From: Bdellovibrionales bacterium
Lineage (GTDB): Bacteria; Bdellovibrionota; UBA1018; CAIMNF01
Direction of reading: 5' to 3'
DNA length: 64,000 nt
Assembly: GCA_040380025.1 (NCBI GenBank)
Contig: JBEIJY010000003.1
Location: 51,130-115,129, forward strand
Position numbers and translations under genes: made by a program. Below are positions 8,790 to 17,920 of this stretch, in pieces. The notes below the pieces were generated by a model. That model did not search any database. It worked only from the letters and a program-made list of their open reading frames with translations, and was not told the origin of the DNA. How positions within the stretch are numbered: the stretch's first letter is position 1; each line of letters begins with the position of its first letter.

Positions 8790-9971
8790 ATGCTCCGACC
8801 GATTGCCGCCAGATTCGGAATTTTCATTTTTTCATTCGTCTTCCTGATTGGCCCGGCAAGGGCCGATGCGGAGCTCGATCGCTTGTACGAGAATGCCAGC
8901 GGAGCCCCCCAACTCGCGATGATCGAGCAGGCGAAGACCTCGATCGACATCGAGATTTACTCAATGAAGGACTCGTCCGTGTTCCAGGCGCTCACGCGCG
9001 CGCTCGATCGCGGCATCACCCTCAGGATCGTCCAGGAACCGAGACCGGTCGCCGACCCGTGCCGGGTGTTTGATCCGCCGACCCAGGCCGACGAGCCGAA
9101 ATGCCGTGAACAGAAGAACTTCGTCGGGCTGGTCCGCTCGAAGGGCGGTCGCTATGAGCCTTTCGAAAAGGCCCTGTGCGGTCCGGGGGACGGTAGCGGA
9201 ATGTGCTATCAGCACGGCAAGATTCTGATCGTCGATGCGAATCTGGTGGCGATCAGTACGGGCAATTTCGATGCCTCGAGCTTTTGCCATCGCGAGCAGG
9301 GGCCATCGAAGTGCAATCGCGACTACACGGTCGTCTCGCGCGATCCCAAGGTGGTGCGCGCGATCCGGTCGGTGTTCGAGGCGGATCTGGCAAAAAAAAC
9401 CACCGATATTCCCTCGATTCTCGCATCTGCGCCCAGGGTCACCGTGAGTCCGCATTCTCTTGCCCCGATTCTTTCGTTTTTGAACTCCGCAAAAAAGACG
9501 ATCCAAATCCAAAATCAGTACCTGAAGAATCCCGATGTCAATGCTGCCTTGATCCGCGCCGCCCAGCGAGGGGTGAGGGTGTTCGTGATGGTGGTGAGTG
9601 CCTGTTTCTTCGGTAGGCCTGATCAGAACGCCGTGGAGCACTGGACCCGCATCTATACCGCATTCGATGCCGCGGGAATCCAGACGCGCGTGTTCAACTC
9701 GAGCATCCAGATCGGCGGGCTTCCCGGCTACTTGCATGCCAAGGCGATTCTGATCGACAGCGCCCGCGCCTGGGTGGGCTCGGTGAACGGCTCGACAACA
9801 AGCCTTGCCGCGAACCGCGAATACGGGATTTTTTCGGACGAGCCCGCGGTGGTGCGGGATCTGGGATCGTTGATGTACACCGACTATGTGGCGCCCGGCG
9901 CGGGCACCTGGCGCGAGAGCCTGCAGTGCAGGCCGGATCACTCCGCATCGAGACTTCCGGAAGAGCCCTGA
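8790..9971 (+). CDS. Secreted phospholipase D-family protein (two HKD motifs)
   Basis: Signal peptide. Two HxKxxxxD motifs (HGKILIVD...STGN and HAKAILID...GSVN). Confidence 0.7.
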   Translation: MLRPIAARFGIFIFSFVFLIGPARADAELDRLYENASGAPQLAMIEQAKTSIDIEIYSMKDSSVFQALTRALDRGITLRIVQEPRPVADPCRVFDPPTQADEPKCREQKNFVGLVRSKGGRYEPFEKALCGPGDGSGMCYQHGKILIVDANLVAISTGNFDASSFCHREQGPSKCNRDYTVVSRDPKVVRAIRSVFEADLAKKTTDIPSILASAPRVTVSPHSLAPILSFLNSAKKTIQIQNQYLKNPDVNAALIRAAQRGVRVFVMVVSACFFGRPDQNAVEHWTRIYTAFDAAGIQTRVFNSSIQIGGLPGYLHAKAILIDSARAWVGSVNGSTTSLAANREYGIFSDEPAVVRDLGSLMYTDYVAPGAGTWRESLQCRPDHSASRLPEEP

Positions 9972-9989
9972 GGGCCGGTCTCAAAACAA

Positions 9990-10024
9990 AACCGCGCCCC
10001 TGGCAGCTTGCCGGGAGCGCGGTT
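9990..10024. terminator. GC-rich hairpin between convergent PLD and parB genes
   Basis: AACCGCGC...GCGCGGTT 8-bp stem. The flanking A-run on the plus strand gives a U-tract for the minus-strand transcript. Confidence 0.45.
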
Positions 10025-10045
10025 CGGGTTGAGTAATCTCTCGCG

Positions 10046-10942
10046 CTACTTCAGATTCGCGAGCGTGCGATCGACCGCCTCCGAGAGCCGCATCAGCTCC
10101 GCGCGCATCTGCTCCAGACGCTCGCGTCCTTCGCCGGCCTTCCAGGTGAACCCCGGGATCTTCACTTTCTTCGGAGTCACCGCATAGGTGAACGGCTTCG
10201 GCCCCGTTGCAGGCTTGCTTTGGTTTGTCTTCAGGATTCGCGCCTTCGAGATCAGCAGATCGCCCTCGTCCTCGCGCGAGGCATTGGCGATGATCGACAC
10301 ATGCTCCTCGACCGGTGCGTTCAGGAGATTCCGGAGGAGGGAGCGGTTCTTCAGGTTCTTCTCTTTCAAAAGCTCCTTGGTTTCGGCCGGAAGTCGCGTG
10401 AATCCGATGCACTCGGTGATGCGGGATTTCTTCTTGCCGAATCCGGTCGCGATCGCCTCGTGGCTCGAATACGCACCTGCGGTCAGAAGCGAGTTGTAGC
10501 CTTCGCCTTCTTCGATCGGGTGGAGGTCGACGCGGTCGAGGTTCTCGCGCAGGGCGATCTCGTGAACCGCCTTGTCGGTCGAGTTGATCACGCGCGCGGG
10601 AATCCGCTCGAGTCCGGCCAGTTTCGAGGCGCGCAGACGGCGCTCACCGGCGATCACCTTGTAGCGGTCGCCGTCTTGCACCACGAGGATGGGCTGGAGC
10701 ACGCCGTGCTCCTTGATGGAGTGGGCGAGGGCCGCGATTTCTTCGTCATCGAAATGCGTCCGCACCTGGAGCTCGGATGCGTCGACTTTTTCGACCGGGA
10801 CGAAGTTCACCAGAAACGTGGTGAGGCCCTTCAGTCCGCTGTGGGTGTTGTCGGCGCTCACCCGCGCGGTCGAGTAGAGTTGCTTCAGATATCCGCTTCC
10901 TTGGCGGGTTTTTGCTTCTTTTTTGTTGTCTTTGGTTTCCAT
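10046..10942 (-). CDS. parB: ParB/Spo0J-family partition protein
   Basis: ParB N-terminal domain with the GERRLRASKLAGL box (GERRxRA) and an HTH segment. Confidence 0.8.
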   Translation of the reverse strand: METKDNKKEAKTRQGSGYLKQLYSTARVSADNTHSGLKGLTTFLVNFVPVEKVDASELQVRTHFDDEEIAALAHSIKEHGVLQPILVVQDGDRYKVIAGERRLRASKLAGLERIPARVINSTDKAVHEIALRENLDRVDLHPIEEGEGYNSLLTAGAYSSHEAIATGFGKKKSRITECIGFTRLPAETKELLKEKNLKNRSLLRNLLNAPVEEHVSIIANASREDEGDLLISKARILKTNQSKPATGPKPFTYAVTPKKVKIPGFTWKAGEGRERLEQMRAELMRLSEAVDRTLANLK

Positions 10943-10973
10943 TCGTTCCTCCTTGATTTTATGAGAGTTCCGC

Positions 10974-12032
10974 TCAGTTCAGGAGCTCGCGGGTGAGCTC
11001 GGTCAGATCTTGCGCGCCATTTCCCTTCGAGTTCACGTCGAGCACGACGGTCCGGCGCTTGGTGGCCTCGTTCAGGTCGGCGCTCCGGTTCACCACCGAT
11101 TGGGCGCAAAAATCGGCGAATTGCGAGCGCAGCTCACCCAGCACTTCCTGGCTGATCACCTCGCGGTTGTCGTACATGTTCGGGATGATCTTCACATCGA
11201 GGGTCCGCCGGAACTCGCGTTGCATCTCATCGATGGTCGCCATGACGAGCGACATTCCGTGGAACGAGAGCGGATTCGTCGCGCAGATCACGTTCACGCG
11301 ATTCGAGGCCACCAGCATGGAGCCGTTCAGGATCGATGCGGCCGGGTTCGTGTCGGCGATGATGAGATCATACTGGTCCGAGATGCGGGTGATCGCCTCG
11401 GAGAGGCGGTATTCGCGCCGGGTTTTGTTGTTCAGCGGGATCTCGATGTTGCAGAGCTGAAGGTTCGCCGGAATCAGATCGAGTCCGGGAGAAACATTCA
11501 TCACGGCCTGATCGATCGGGAGATCATTGATGAGCACATCGTAAATGGTGGGGCGTTCGTGCGCATCGAGCACATCGAGATTCACGGTCAGGTGGCCTTG
11601 ACCGTCGAGATCGATCGCAAGCACGCGGTAGCCCAGGATGGATGCGATCATGACGAACTGCGCCGTAAGAGTGGATTTGCCGGTTCCGCCTTTTACGTTG
11701 TAGAACATCTGGATTTTATTTTTTGGATGCGGCGCGACATGCCTGGTCGCCGCGGCGATCGCGTCGCTCACCACAAGAGCGCTTCCTGCGGCTTCCGCGC
11801 CTGCGCCCATCAGTTCGGCGCGCACCGATTCGTGAACGCTCAGGTCGAATTCCCGGAGCATTCGAAAGAAATTTTGAACCTCCTCAAGGGCGATGACTTT
11901 TCGATCGACGTTCCCCACGCGCTTTTTTTGCGTGTTGATGATGCCGTTGTTTTCGAATGCTGGAATGAGATTTTTATCGATTTTGGCGAGCTGGGCAAAT
12001 TCGTTGGGTGTAAAGACCATGTCTCGTAGCAT
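10974..12032 (-). CDS. parA: ParA-family partition ATPase with an N-terminal extension of about 95 aa (type-Ia-like)
   Basis: Deviant Walker A KGGTGKST. Start moved to MLRDMVF, which has a GGAGG RBS 5 nt upstream. The pre-Walker extension suggests an HTH/operator-binding domain as in P1 ParA and F SopA. Confidence 0.75.
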   Translation of the reverse strand: MLRDMVFTPNEFAQLAKIDKNLIPAFENNGIINTQKKRVGNVDRKVIALEEVQNFFRMLREFDLSVHESVRAELMGAGAEAAGSALVVSDAIAAATRHVAPHPKNKIQMFYNVKGGTGKSTLTAQFVMIASILGYRVLAIDLDGQGHLTVNLDVLDAHERPTIYDVLINDLPIDQAVMNVSPGLDLIPANLQLCNIEIPLNNKTRREYRLSEAITRISDQYDLIIADTNPAASILNGSMLVASNRVNVICATNPLSFHGMSLVMATIDEMQREFRRTLDVKIIPNMYDNREVISQEVLGELRSQFADFCAQSVVNRSADLNEATKRRTVVLDVNSKGNGAQDLTELTRELLN

Positions 12033-12111
12033 AGATTCCTCCTTGATCTGTCTCACTGAGTGTAAATCGAGAAGATCAAGAATCAATCAAAAACTAAACA
12101 AAAAGAGTAGA

Positions 12112-12232
12112 CCGGTCGCCGTGGCGACCGGTGGAGAAAATACTCTCGATGGTGTTGCGTCGGACTCAAGTCGGTCGCCGTGGCGACCGATGAAGATGGG
12201 TTACCCTGATCGGTCGCCACGGCGACCGGTGA
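12112..12232. repeat. Three copies of a 16-20 bp palindrome (CGGTCGCC-GT/AC-GGCGACCG) upstream of parA
   Basis: Copies at 12112-12131, 12171-12190 and 12211-12230 with perfect 8-9 bp inverted arms. Candidate par operator or centromere-like site. Confidence 0.6.
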
Positions 12233-12248
12233 TTTCATGGATCGCGTC

Positions 12249-13034
12249 TTACGAGCTCGCGCTCTGGTAGCGTCGCAAGCCGGCTCGCCACAAAAAGCGA
12301 ATCAGCAATCCGTAGCCTGCCAGAACCGCAAGCACGAGCGGATACACCCAGATCGAGATTTTTCCGGTCAGTACCTGGGCCGGAATCGAGCCCATGAAGG
12401 CGAAGGGTAGAGCGGTCTTCAGGAGGTATCGAATCGCTTTCGGGTAGATCGCCTCGGGTTTGTTTGCGAGCGCGTAGAGCTGATAGTAGAGGTGCGAGAC
12501 CGAGATTCCCCGCTCAAGCCAGAACACCCAGATCACAAAAAAGAACCGAAGCAGGTATTGGGTCGCAAGCCCGATCAACACCCACAGCACGAGCTCGGCC
12601 CATCCCCATCCTCCTGCGAATCCCGCCGCTGGCCCGTAGTGGTTCACGATGAAGATCCCGAGGGCGAGATTCACGATCTGCGAAAAGTTGATGTCCCGAA
12701 AGGTGGCAAGAAAAGCCGTGTTGATCGGCTTCGTGAGCAGAATGTCGAGATCCCCCTGGTTGATCATGTACGGCAGGGTCCAGAACGATCGCTGAAAGAA
12801 CGTCGTGAAGAGCGTGTCGCTACAAACAAATATGCCCAAAAAAAAGAACACCTGCTCCCGGGTCCAACCATTGATCGCCTCGGTGTTCCGGTAGATCACC
12901 TCGAAGAGGGCGAGTTCGACCACCACCCAAATCAAATCCGCAATCGTGAGCGCGATCGTGTTCGATCGATAAATGAACTCTCGCACGAGGTTGTTTTTCA
13001 GGCTGGTCAAGAACACATCCCAAAGAGTCCGCAT
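12249..13034 (-). CDS. ABC-2 family transporter permease
   Basis: Six-TM hydrophobic protein in an operon with a second permease and an ABC ATPase. Confidence 0.65.
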   Translation of the reverse strand: MRTLWDVFLTSLKNNLVREFIYRSNTIALTIADLIWVVVELALFEVIYRNTEAINGWTREQVFFFLGIFVCSDTLFTTFFQRSFWTLPYMINQGDLDILLTKPINTAFLATFRDINFSQIVNLALGIFIVNHYGPAAGFAGGWGWAELVLWVLIGLATQYLLRFFFVIWVFWLERGISVSHLYYQLYALANKPEAIYPKAIRYLLKTALPFAFMGSIPAQVLTGKISIWVYPLVLAVLAGYGLLIRFLWRAGLRRYQSASS

Positions 13035-13037
13035 GGG

Positions 13038-13850
13038 TCAGCCTCCGATTCCCTGATAACGATGAATCGCGAAGCGCCAGCTCGCATGGAGCACGCCCCA
13101 AAGCAGCAGAATCCAAAAGAACGCGATTCCCATTTGGGTTCCCCACATCGCCGCATCCCATTTGCCTGTGGCCACCTGGGTGGGGCCAAAAACGAACAAA
13201 TAAAACGGAAGCGCCTTCCAGATCAGGGCATATTGCTCGGGAACGACCGAGAGGGGAATCAGCTCGCCCGAAAGAAGACTTACGGCCATGTTCTTGACCA
13301 TGAGTACGGCGAATGCGTTCTCCCAGTAAAACGCGGCTCCGGCCAAAATCGCGCCAAACAGATACGCAATGATGTTTCCCATGAGAGCAAGCGTGAGCCC
13401 CATGAGCAGGTTTGAAAGATTCATCGACGTAAACGCCGTCGCGATCGCGCCGAGGGTGAGGCACATCCCTGCGGTGATGAGCTTCTCGCCGATGCCTTTG
13501 AAGTACGTGAACTCCACAACGCCGACGGGTCTGAGTAGATAGTTATTCAGACCCCCGGTGCGAATCAGCTCGATCAGGGTGAAGTCATGGTTCCCGCCCC
13601 GAATCTGACTGAACAGCATCGAGGTCCAGGTGTAGGCCAGGAGCTCGGCGTGGGTCATTCCTGCAAAGGTACCGCCCTCCTGACTCGAAAAAATCGAGTG
13701 CCAGAGCATGAGCTGGATTCCCACGGGGACGATCGACGAGCCGATCAGATCGAGCAAAAAATCGCCCCGATAGGCCATCGTCTCTTTGATGCCGTTCCGG
13801 ATCGCCGCGATCCTCCATTCCATTCCCCACGAAGAAAAAGCCGTCGTCAT
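13038..13850 (-). CDS. ABC-2 family transporter permease (second subunit)
   Basis: Membrane protein. Start trimmed to MTTAFSSWG, 8 nt after the ATPase stop. Confidence 0.6.
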   Translation of the reverse strand: MTTAFSSWGMEWRIAAIRNGIKETMAYRGDFLLDLIGSSIVPVGIQLMLWHSIFSSQEGGTFAGMTHAELLAYTWTSMLFSQIRGGNHDFTLIELIRTGGLNNYLLRPVGVVEFTYFKGIGEKLITAGMCLTLGAIATAFTSMNLSNLLMGLTLALMGNIIAYLFGAILAGAAFYWENAFAVLMVKNMAVSLLSGELIPLSVVPEQYALIWKALPFYLFVFGPTQVATGKWDAAMWGTQMGIAFFWILLLWGVLHASWRFAIHRYQGIGG

Positions 13851-13858
13851 CTGATTCC

Positions 13859-14857
13859 TCAGCTCTGGTAGATCCGTTGGATCACCCGCTCCAGCGAGGA
13901 TTCCTGGATTCCGATATCCGCCACTTCGAAATTCGCGAGGAGCTTCTGAAAGTACTCGGTGATGCGAGAGCGGGCGATGGGGATCAGATAGGTGGTGGGG
14001 TCTTCTTCGTCCATGGTCACGGCAGAGGCATCGAGTCCGAGGGTTGTTGATACCTGTGCCGCTTCGGGCGAGCTCAAGAGCTTCACCTTGAGCGTGCATT
14101 CGTCCCGCTCGATCAGGGTCTTCGGGTTTCCATCAAAAATCAGCGAGCCCTCTTTGATCAAAAGAATGCGCTTACAGAGCTCCGAGATGTCATCCATGTT
14201 GTGACTGGTCAGGATGATCGTTGCTCCCTCCTTCTGGTTGTGGGTCCGCAAAAACTCCCGGAGCCGCTTCGAGGCCAGAACATCAAGGCCGATCGTGGGC
14301 TCATCCAAAAAGATCACCTTGGGCAGATGAAGAATCGCGCCGATCACCTCCATCTTCATTCGCTCCCCGAGTGAGAGGCGGCGAATCTGGGTGTTCAGGA
14401 GCTTCTCGACCCCGAGGAGGGCGGTAAGCTCGTCCACCCGCGTACGATACACCTCGCGGGGGATCTGATAGAGCGCGCGCAGAAGATCAAAGGCCTCGAG
14501 TGCGGGAAGATCCCACCAGAGCTGGGCCTTCTGCCCCATGACGATCGAAATCTGACGGCGGAACTCGATCGAGCGTTCGAACGGAGTGAAGCCCAGAACC
14601 CGAGCGTCTCCCGAGGTCGGGGGGATCAGGCCCGATAAGATTTTCAGGAGCGTGGTTTTGCCGGCACCGTTTGCGCCAATCAGACCGGTGAACTCTCCCT
14701 GCTGGACCTCGAACGAGACGCCCTTCAGGGCCTCATGGACTTGGTATTCCGGTCGGAACAGGAGCTTCAGGACTCCTTGAAGGCCCTCTTGTTTTTTGAC
14801 GGACTTGAAGGTGCGCCGGACATCCCGAACAAAGAGCGCAGGCTCATTCGATCTCAT
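13859..14857 (-). CDS. ABC transporter ATP-binding protein
   Basis: Walker A GANGAGKTT, ABC signature LSLGER, Walker B FLDEPT. Confidence 0.85.
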   Translation of the reverse strand: MRSNEPALFVRDVRRTFKSVKKQEGLQGVLKLLFRPEYQVHEALKGVSFEVQQGEFTGLIGANGAGKTTLLKILSGLIPPTSGDARVLGFTPFERSIEFRRQISIVMGQKAQLWWDLPALEAFDLLRALYQIPREVYRTRVDELTALLGVEKLLNTQIRRLSLGERMKMEVIGAILHLPKVIFLDEPTIGLDVLASKRLREFLRTHNQKEGATIILTSHNMDDISELCKRILLIKEGSLIFDGNPKTLIERDECTLKVKLLSSPEAAQVSTTLGLDASAVTMDEEDPTTYLIPIARSRITEYFQKLLANFEVADIGIQESSLERVIQRIYQS

Positions 14858-15845
14858 GAGTCACCCATCGCTTTCCGACCATTTTCTCGGCGGGGAGGGA
14901 CTTCGGCAGAACGGCATTGTACCGGAGCTTGATCGGTACCGATTCGCCCAAGCCTTCGGGTTTGAAGAGGGTCCCTGCAAAGCTTTCTTCGACCGGGAAC
15001 ACGGTGATCAGCGCAGGGCTCTCGGGAGGCGCGTTCTTTCTTTGGGTCAAAATCGAATAAATCAGAATCGCCTTGTTCTTTCCGTGAGGGTTGTCTTTCA
15101 AAAAAGGAACGATGTCCGTCCGGATCTCGATGGTCTCGTCCTCGGCCGTGATTTGCTCGATCAGACGCCGCGGTTTCAGTGAGGCAAAGTCAAACTTCAA
15201 CAGCTCCCGCGGTGCCCGATGCGCGGACTTGCGAGCAAGATCCGACATCTTCTTCATGCCCTCATTCGAATCCCGAAAGGCGATCCTTCCGGCAAGAAGG
15301 CTCAAGTTCAAAAGAAGAGTGCCTTTTTTGGGCATTCCCCCGAGCAGTCCTTCGGACAAACCGAAGCCCGCCTCGATTTCATGCTTCCCATAGCGGGCGC
15401 GTTTGTAGCCGTACGGGGTTCTGACGGTGCTGAAGAGGTAACCGTAGGTGTGGGTGAGGCCCGCATGCCCGGTGGTGTAAGTTTCGTCAAAGGGGACCTT
15501 CAATGTCCGGTTGAAGAACTGAAGCAGATTCGCCGGAACGGTTTTGGTCCCGGTTGCGAGATTGCTCTCGTCGATGTTGCGGCTCAGGCCCCAGAGCGAG
15601 AGGAGTCCGGGCGTTTTTTGATCCCGCTCGAGCTGGCGCAAAAACCCGGGGATTGATTTCTCGAGGGTGGCGCGAATCGTTTTGGGATCCTCGATGCCTT
15701 CGAGGGAGCGGGCCGTTCCGGCCCAAGGGCAGTCCTCGCGCGTTTCGAGAGCCTCGGGGTTCGGGCACTGGGCCCGGCCAGGGGCTCCGAAGGCGAGGCC
15801 TGCGAGCCCCAGAAGTGCCTGAAGGAGTGTAATTTTTGCGCGCAT
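14844..15845 (-). CDS. Secreted hypothetical protein
   Basis: Start set at MRAKITLLQALLGLAGLAFGAPGRAQ (signal peptide). No recognizable catalytic motif. Confidence 0.5.
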   Translation of the reverse strand: MRAKITLLQALLGLAGLAFGAPGRAQCPNPEALETREDCPWAGTARSLEGIEDPKTIRATLEKSIPGFLRQLERDQKTPGLLSLWGLSRNIDESNLATGTKTVPANLLQFFNRTLKVPFDETYTTGHAGLTHTYGYLFSTVRTPYGYKRARYGKHEIEAGFGLSEGLLGGMPKKGTLLLNLSLLAGRIAFRDSNEGMKKMSDLARKSAHRAPRELLKFDFASLKPRRLIEQITAEDETIEIRTDIVPFLKDNPHGKNKAILIYSILTQRKNAPPESPALITVFPVEESFAGTLFKPEGLGESVPIKLRYNAVLPKSLPAEKMVGKRWVTHEIE

Positions 15846-15875
15846 GGGTGTATCGTTTAGCCGAAAGACCCCCAA

Positions 15876-16511
15876 ATGAAAAGTCAAGACTCTGTCCCCT
15901 ACTATGAGCACCACGCCCTTCGCCTTGCGGAGCAGGATCTTCGAGTGAAGTCTCCGGGAGAACTCGTGCCGTTCCTCGAGCTTCTGGTCCCGAACGGACG
16001 GGTGCTCGATCTCGGATGCGGCTCGGGGTTCGACTTGCAGTGGATCCGGCGCTCCGGTCGGGAAGGGGTGGGAATCGATGCCGCACCCTCGCGGGCCCGG
16101 ATTGCGCGCGAACAAAACCCGGGGGCCGAGATTCTCGAAAAAAACTTTCTGTTTTACTCCCCGAAAGAGTCCGAGTGGGACGGAGTCTGGGCGAATCGAT
16201 CGCTTCATCATGATTCCCCCGAGGCGGTCCAACGGGTGGTGGCAGGCGTATTCCGGGGACTCAGACCGGGAGGGATTTTCGGAGTGGTCGTGTACGAGGG
16301 ATCAGGCGGGTTTCAGGATCGCGAGGGCGACTACTTGGGACCGTCCCGGTCTTTGCACCCGTGGAGAGAAAAGGCGCTTTGCAGTCTCTTGGAGCAAACC
16401 GGATTTCAGATTCTGAAGGTCGGACGAAAGCCCGCGGCTCCCGAAGAAGGGCATGCGCTCCCCGGGCTATTGGTTCTGGCAAAAAAAATCGGGTCTAGGG
16501 TTTCTGGCTGA
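15876..16511 (+). CDS. Class I SAM-dependent methyltransferase
   Basis: VLDLGCGSG motif I and downstream Rossmann-like motifs. Confidence 0.7.
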   Translation: MKSQDSVPYYEHHALRLAEQDLRVKSPGELVPFLELLVPNGRVLDLGCGSGFDLQWIRRSGREGVGIDAAPSRARIAREQNPGAEILEKNFLFYSPKESEWDGVWANRSLHHDSPEAVQRVVAGVFRGLRPGGIFGVVVYEGSGGFQDREGDYLGPSRSLHPWREKALCSLLEQTGFQILKVGRKPAAPEEGHALPGLLVLAKKIGSRVSG

Positions 16512-17175
16512 CGCGTGCGGATGCGATTTTGGTGGCCCGGGTTCCGAGAATCCAGTCCCAAAGCGGGAAGACAATGTTGAAGTTCCAGTGCGCCATCATT
16601 CCCTTGTGATGGTGGATCCGGTGGTGCTCCCGCAAAAACCAAAGCCCCGGAACCTGAAATACCTTTGAGTCTTCTTTGAAGTGACAGATCGCATGCACCG
16701 TCTCGTAGGCAAAAAAGAAGAGCGGCCCGAGAATCAGGGCGAGCGCACCTTTGGACGGGCCGAATACTTGGGTGAGGACAAACGAAAGCGGCAGGTTCAA
16801 GCCGTACTGCAACACGGCGACTCCCCAGACCGGGAACAGCACATGAAAAAACTCGCGAGAATTCTGAGCCTCGATCCGGTCATGGGTGAAGTACTGATGA
16901 TGACTCAGGGTGTGTTGGTTGTAGGCGGGAGCCGAACCGGGCAAGCGATGGTGCAGGGGGTAGCGGTGGGTCGCATACTCCACGAGGGATGCGATCGTGA
17001 GCATGACCGGAATGAACACGAGGTCCGAGGGCGTCAGCCCCCCGGGGATTTGCGAGAGGGTGACGATGCCGTACGCGATCAGCGGAAAGCTCACCGCGCT
17101 GGTTCCGAGAAAATGAAGCCCGGCATGATAAATCCGGGGAATGGGACGGATTCGGGGTTTTTCCTGGGTACTCAT
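16495..17175 (-). CDS. Fatty acid hydroxylase / sterol desaturase superfamily membrane protein
   Basis: Histidine boxes HRYPLHH, HHQYFTHD and HHRIHHH in a membrane protein. Confidence 0.7.
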   Translation of the reverse strand: MSTQEKPRIRPIPRIYHAGLHFLGTSAVSFPLIAYGIVTLSQIPGGLTPSDLVFIPVMLTIASLVEYATHRYPLHHRLPGSAPAYNQHTLSHHQYFTHDRIEAQNSREFFHVLFPVWGVAVLQYGLNLPLSFVLTQVFGPSKGALALILGPLFFFAYETVHAICHFKEDSKVFQVPGLWFLREHHRIHHHKGMMAHWNFNIVFPLWDWILGTRATKIASARVSQKP

Positions 17176-17248
17176 CGAGTCCGGATTGTAGCACGATTTG
17201 CGGCGTTCGATTCCATCTTTCCCGAAAACCGAGTATGCTTTTTTGACG

Positions 17249-17872
17249 ATGAATTCCGGTCAAAAAATCAAAATGGGAATCGGTTTGTTCGGATTGGCGG
17301 GACCGCTGTATCTGGTGCCCAATCATTTTCCGACCTATGAGCCCTTCGAGCTTCCGTTGACGCTCCTCGACCGCATGGTGCCGCTTCTCCCTGCATCCAT
17401 CTATGTTTATTTGAGCGAGTATTTTTTGATCTTTTCGGCCTATTTTTTGGTTCGCGACCCTGCCATCACTGCCCGCTACCTCAGGGCGATGTTGTGTCTG
17501 TTGCTGGTGAGTGCCCTGGTGTTTGTGCTCTTCCCGACCACCTATCCGCGCCATCTTTACCCGCTTCCGGATGGCTTGGATCCGGCAACGAGGTTCTTTT
17601 TTGAGCTTCAGCGGTTTGCGGACACCCCGAACAATTGTTTTCCGAGCCTCCATGTCGGGACCGTGCTCATGGCCGCTCTTTCTCTTCGCGAAAACCGCCG
17701 CTGGTTCGGCATTTACCTCGTCTGGGCCTTATTGATCTCGATTTCGACCCTCACCACCAAGCAACACTACGTGTGGGATGTTTTTGGCGGTGCCACGCTC
17801 GCGTTGACTCTGGACTGGTATTTTCTGCGGCGGCAATCTTTGCCGGTTCGCGTTGTCGCACAACAAAAATAA
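17249..17872 (+). CDS. PAP2-superfamily membrane protein, sphingomyelin/IPC-synthase-like
   Basis: CFPSLHVGT and HYVWDVFGGATLA resemble the D3 (C-G-D-x3-S-G-H-T) and D4 (H-Y-T-x-D-V) motifs of sphingomyelin-synthase / PAP2_C-type transferases. Divergent from the hydroxylase gene. Confidence 0.55.
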   Translation: MNSGQKIKMGIGLFGLAGPLYLVPNHFPTYEPFELPLTLLDRMVPLLPASIYVYLSEYFLIFSAYFLVRDPAITARYLRAMLCLLLVSALVFVLFPTTYPRHLYPLPDGLDPATRFFFELQRFADTPNNCFPSLHVGTVLMAALSLRENRRWFGIYLVWALLISISTLTTKQHYVWDVFGGATLALTLDWYFLRRQSLPVRVVAQQK

Positions 17873-17920
17873 TTGTTTCCCCCCGATTCCGGGCGGTATT
17901 CTAAGAATCAGGAGGCTTCG

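Noticed and set aside
8720-8790. CCCCCC...CCTTGT...ACAAGG...GGGGGGG stem-loop after tig
   Set aside because: Plausible intrinsic terminator but lacks a U-tract and overlaps the probable promoter or RBS region of the PLD gene. Too weak to list as a feature.
10974-12086. Original 370-aa ParA ORF start at 12086
   Set aside because: The internal ATG at 12032 (MLRDMVF) is preceded by a strong GGAGG RBS with 5-nt spacing. The upstream ATG has none and would place the palindromic operator inside coding sequence.
12112-12232. Possible CRISPR array or parS at the three palindromes
   Set aside because: Only three copies, palindromic rather than direct repeats, with irregular 59/40-bp spacing and no cas genes, so not CRISPR. 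The sequence does not match canonical parS (TGTTTCACGTGAAACA), so it is reported as a generic palindromic repeat or candidate operator.
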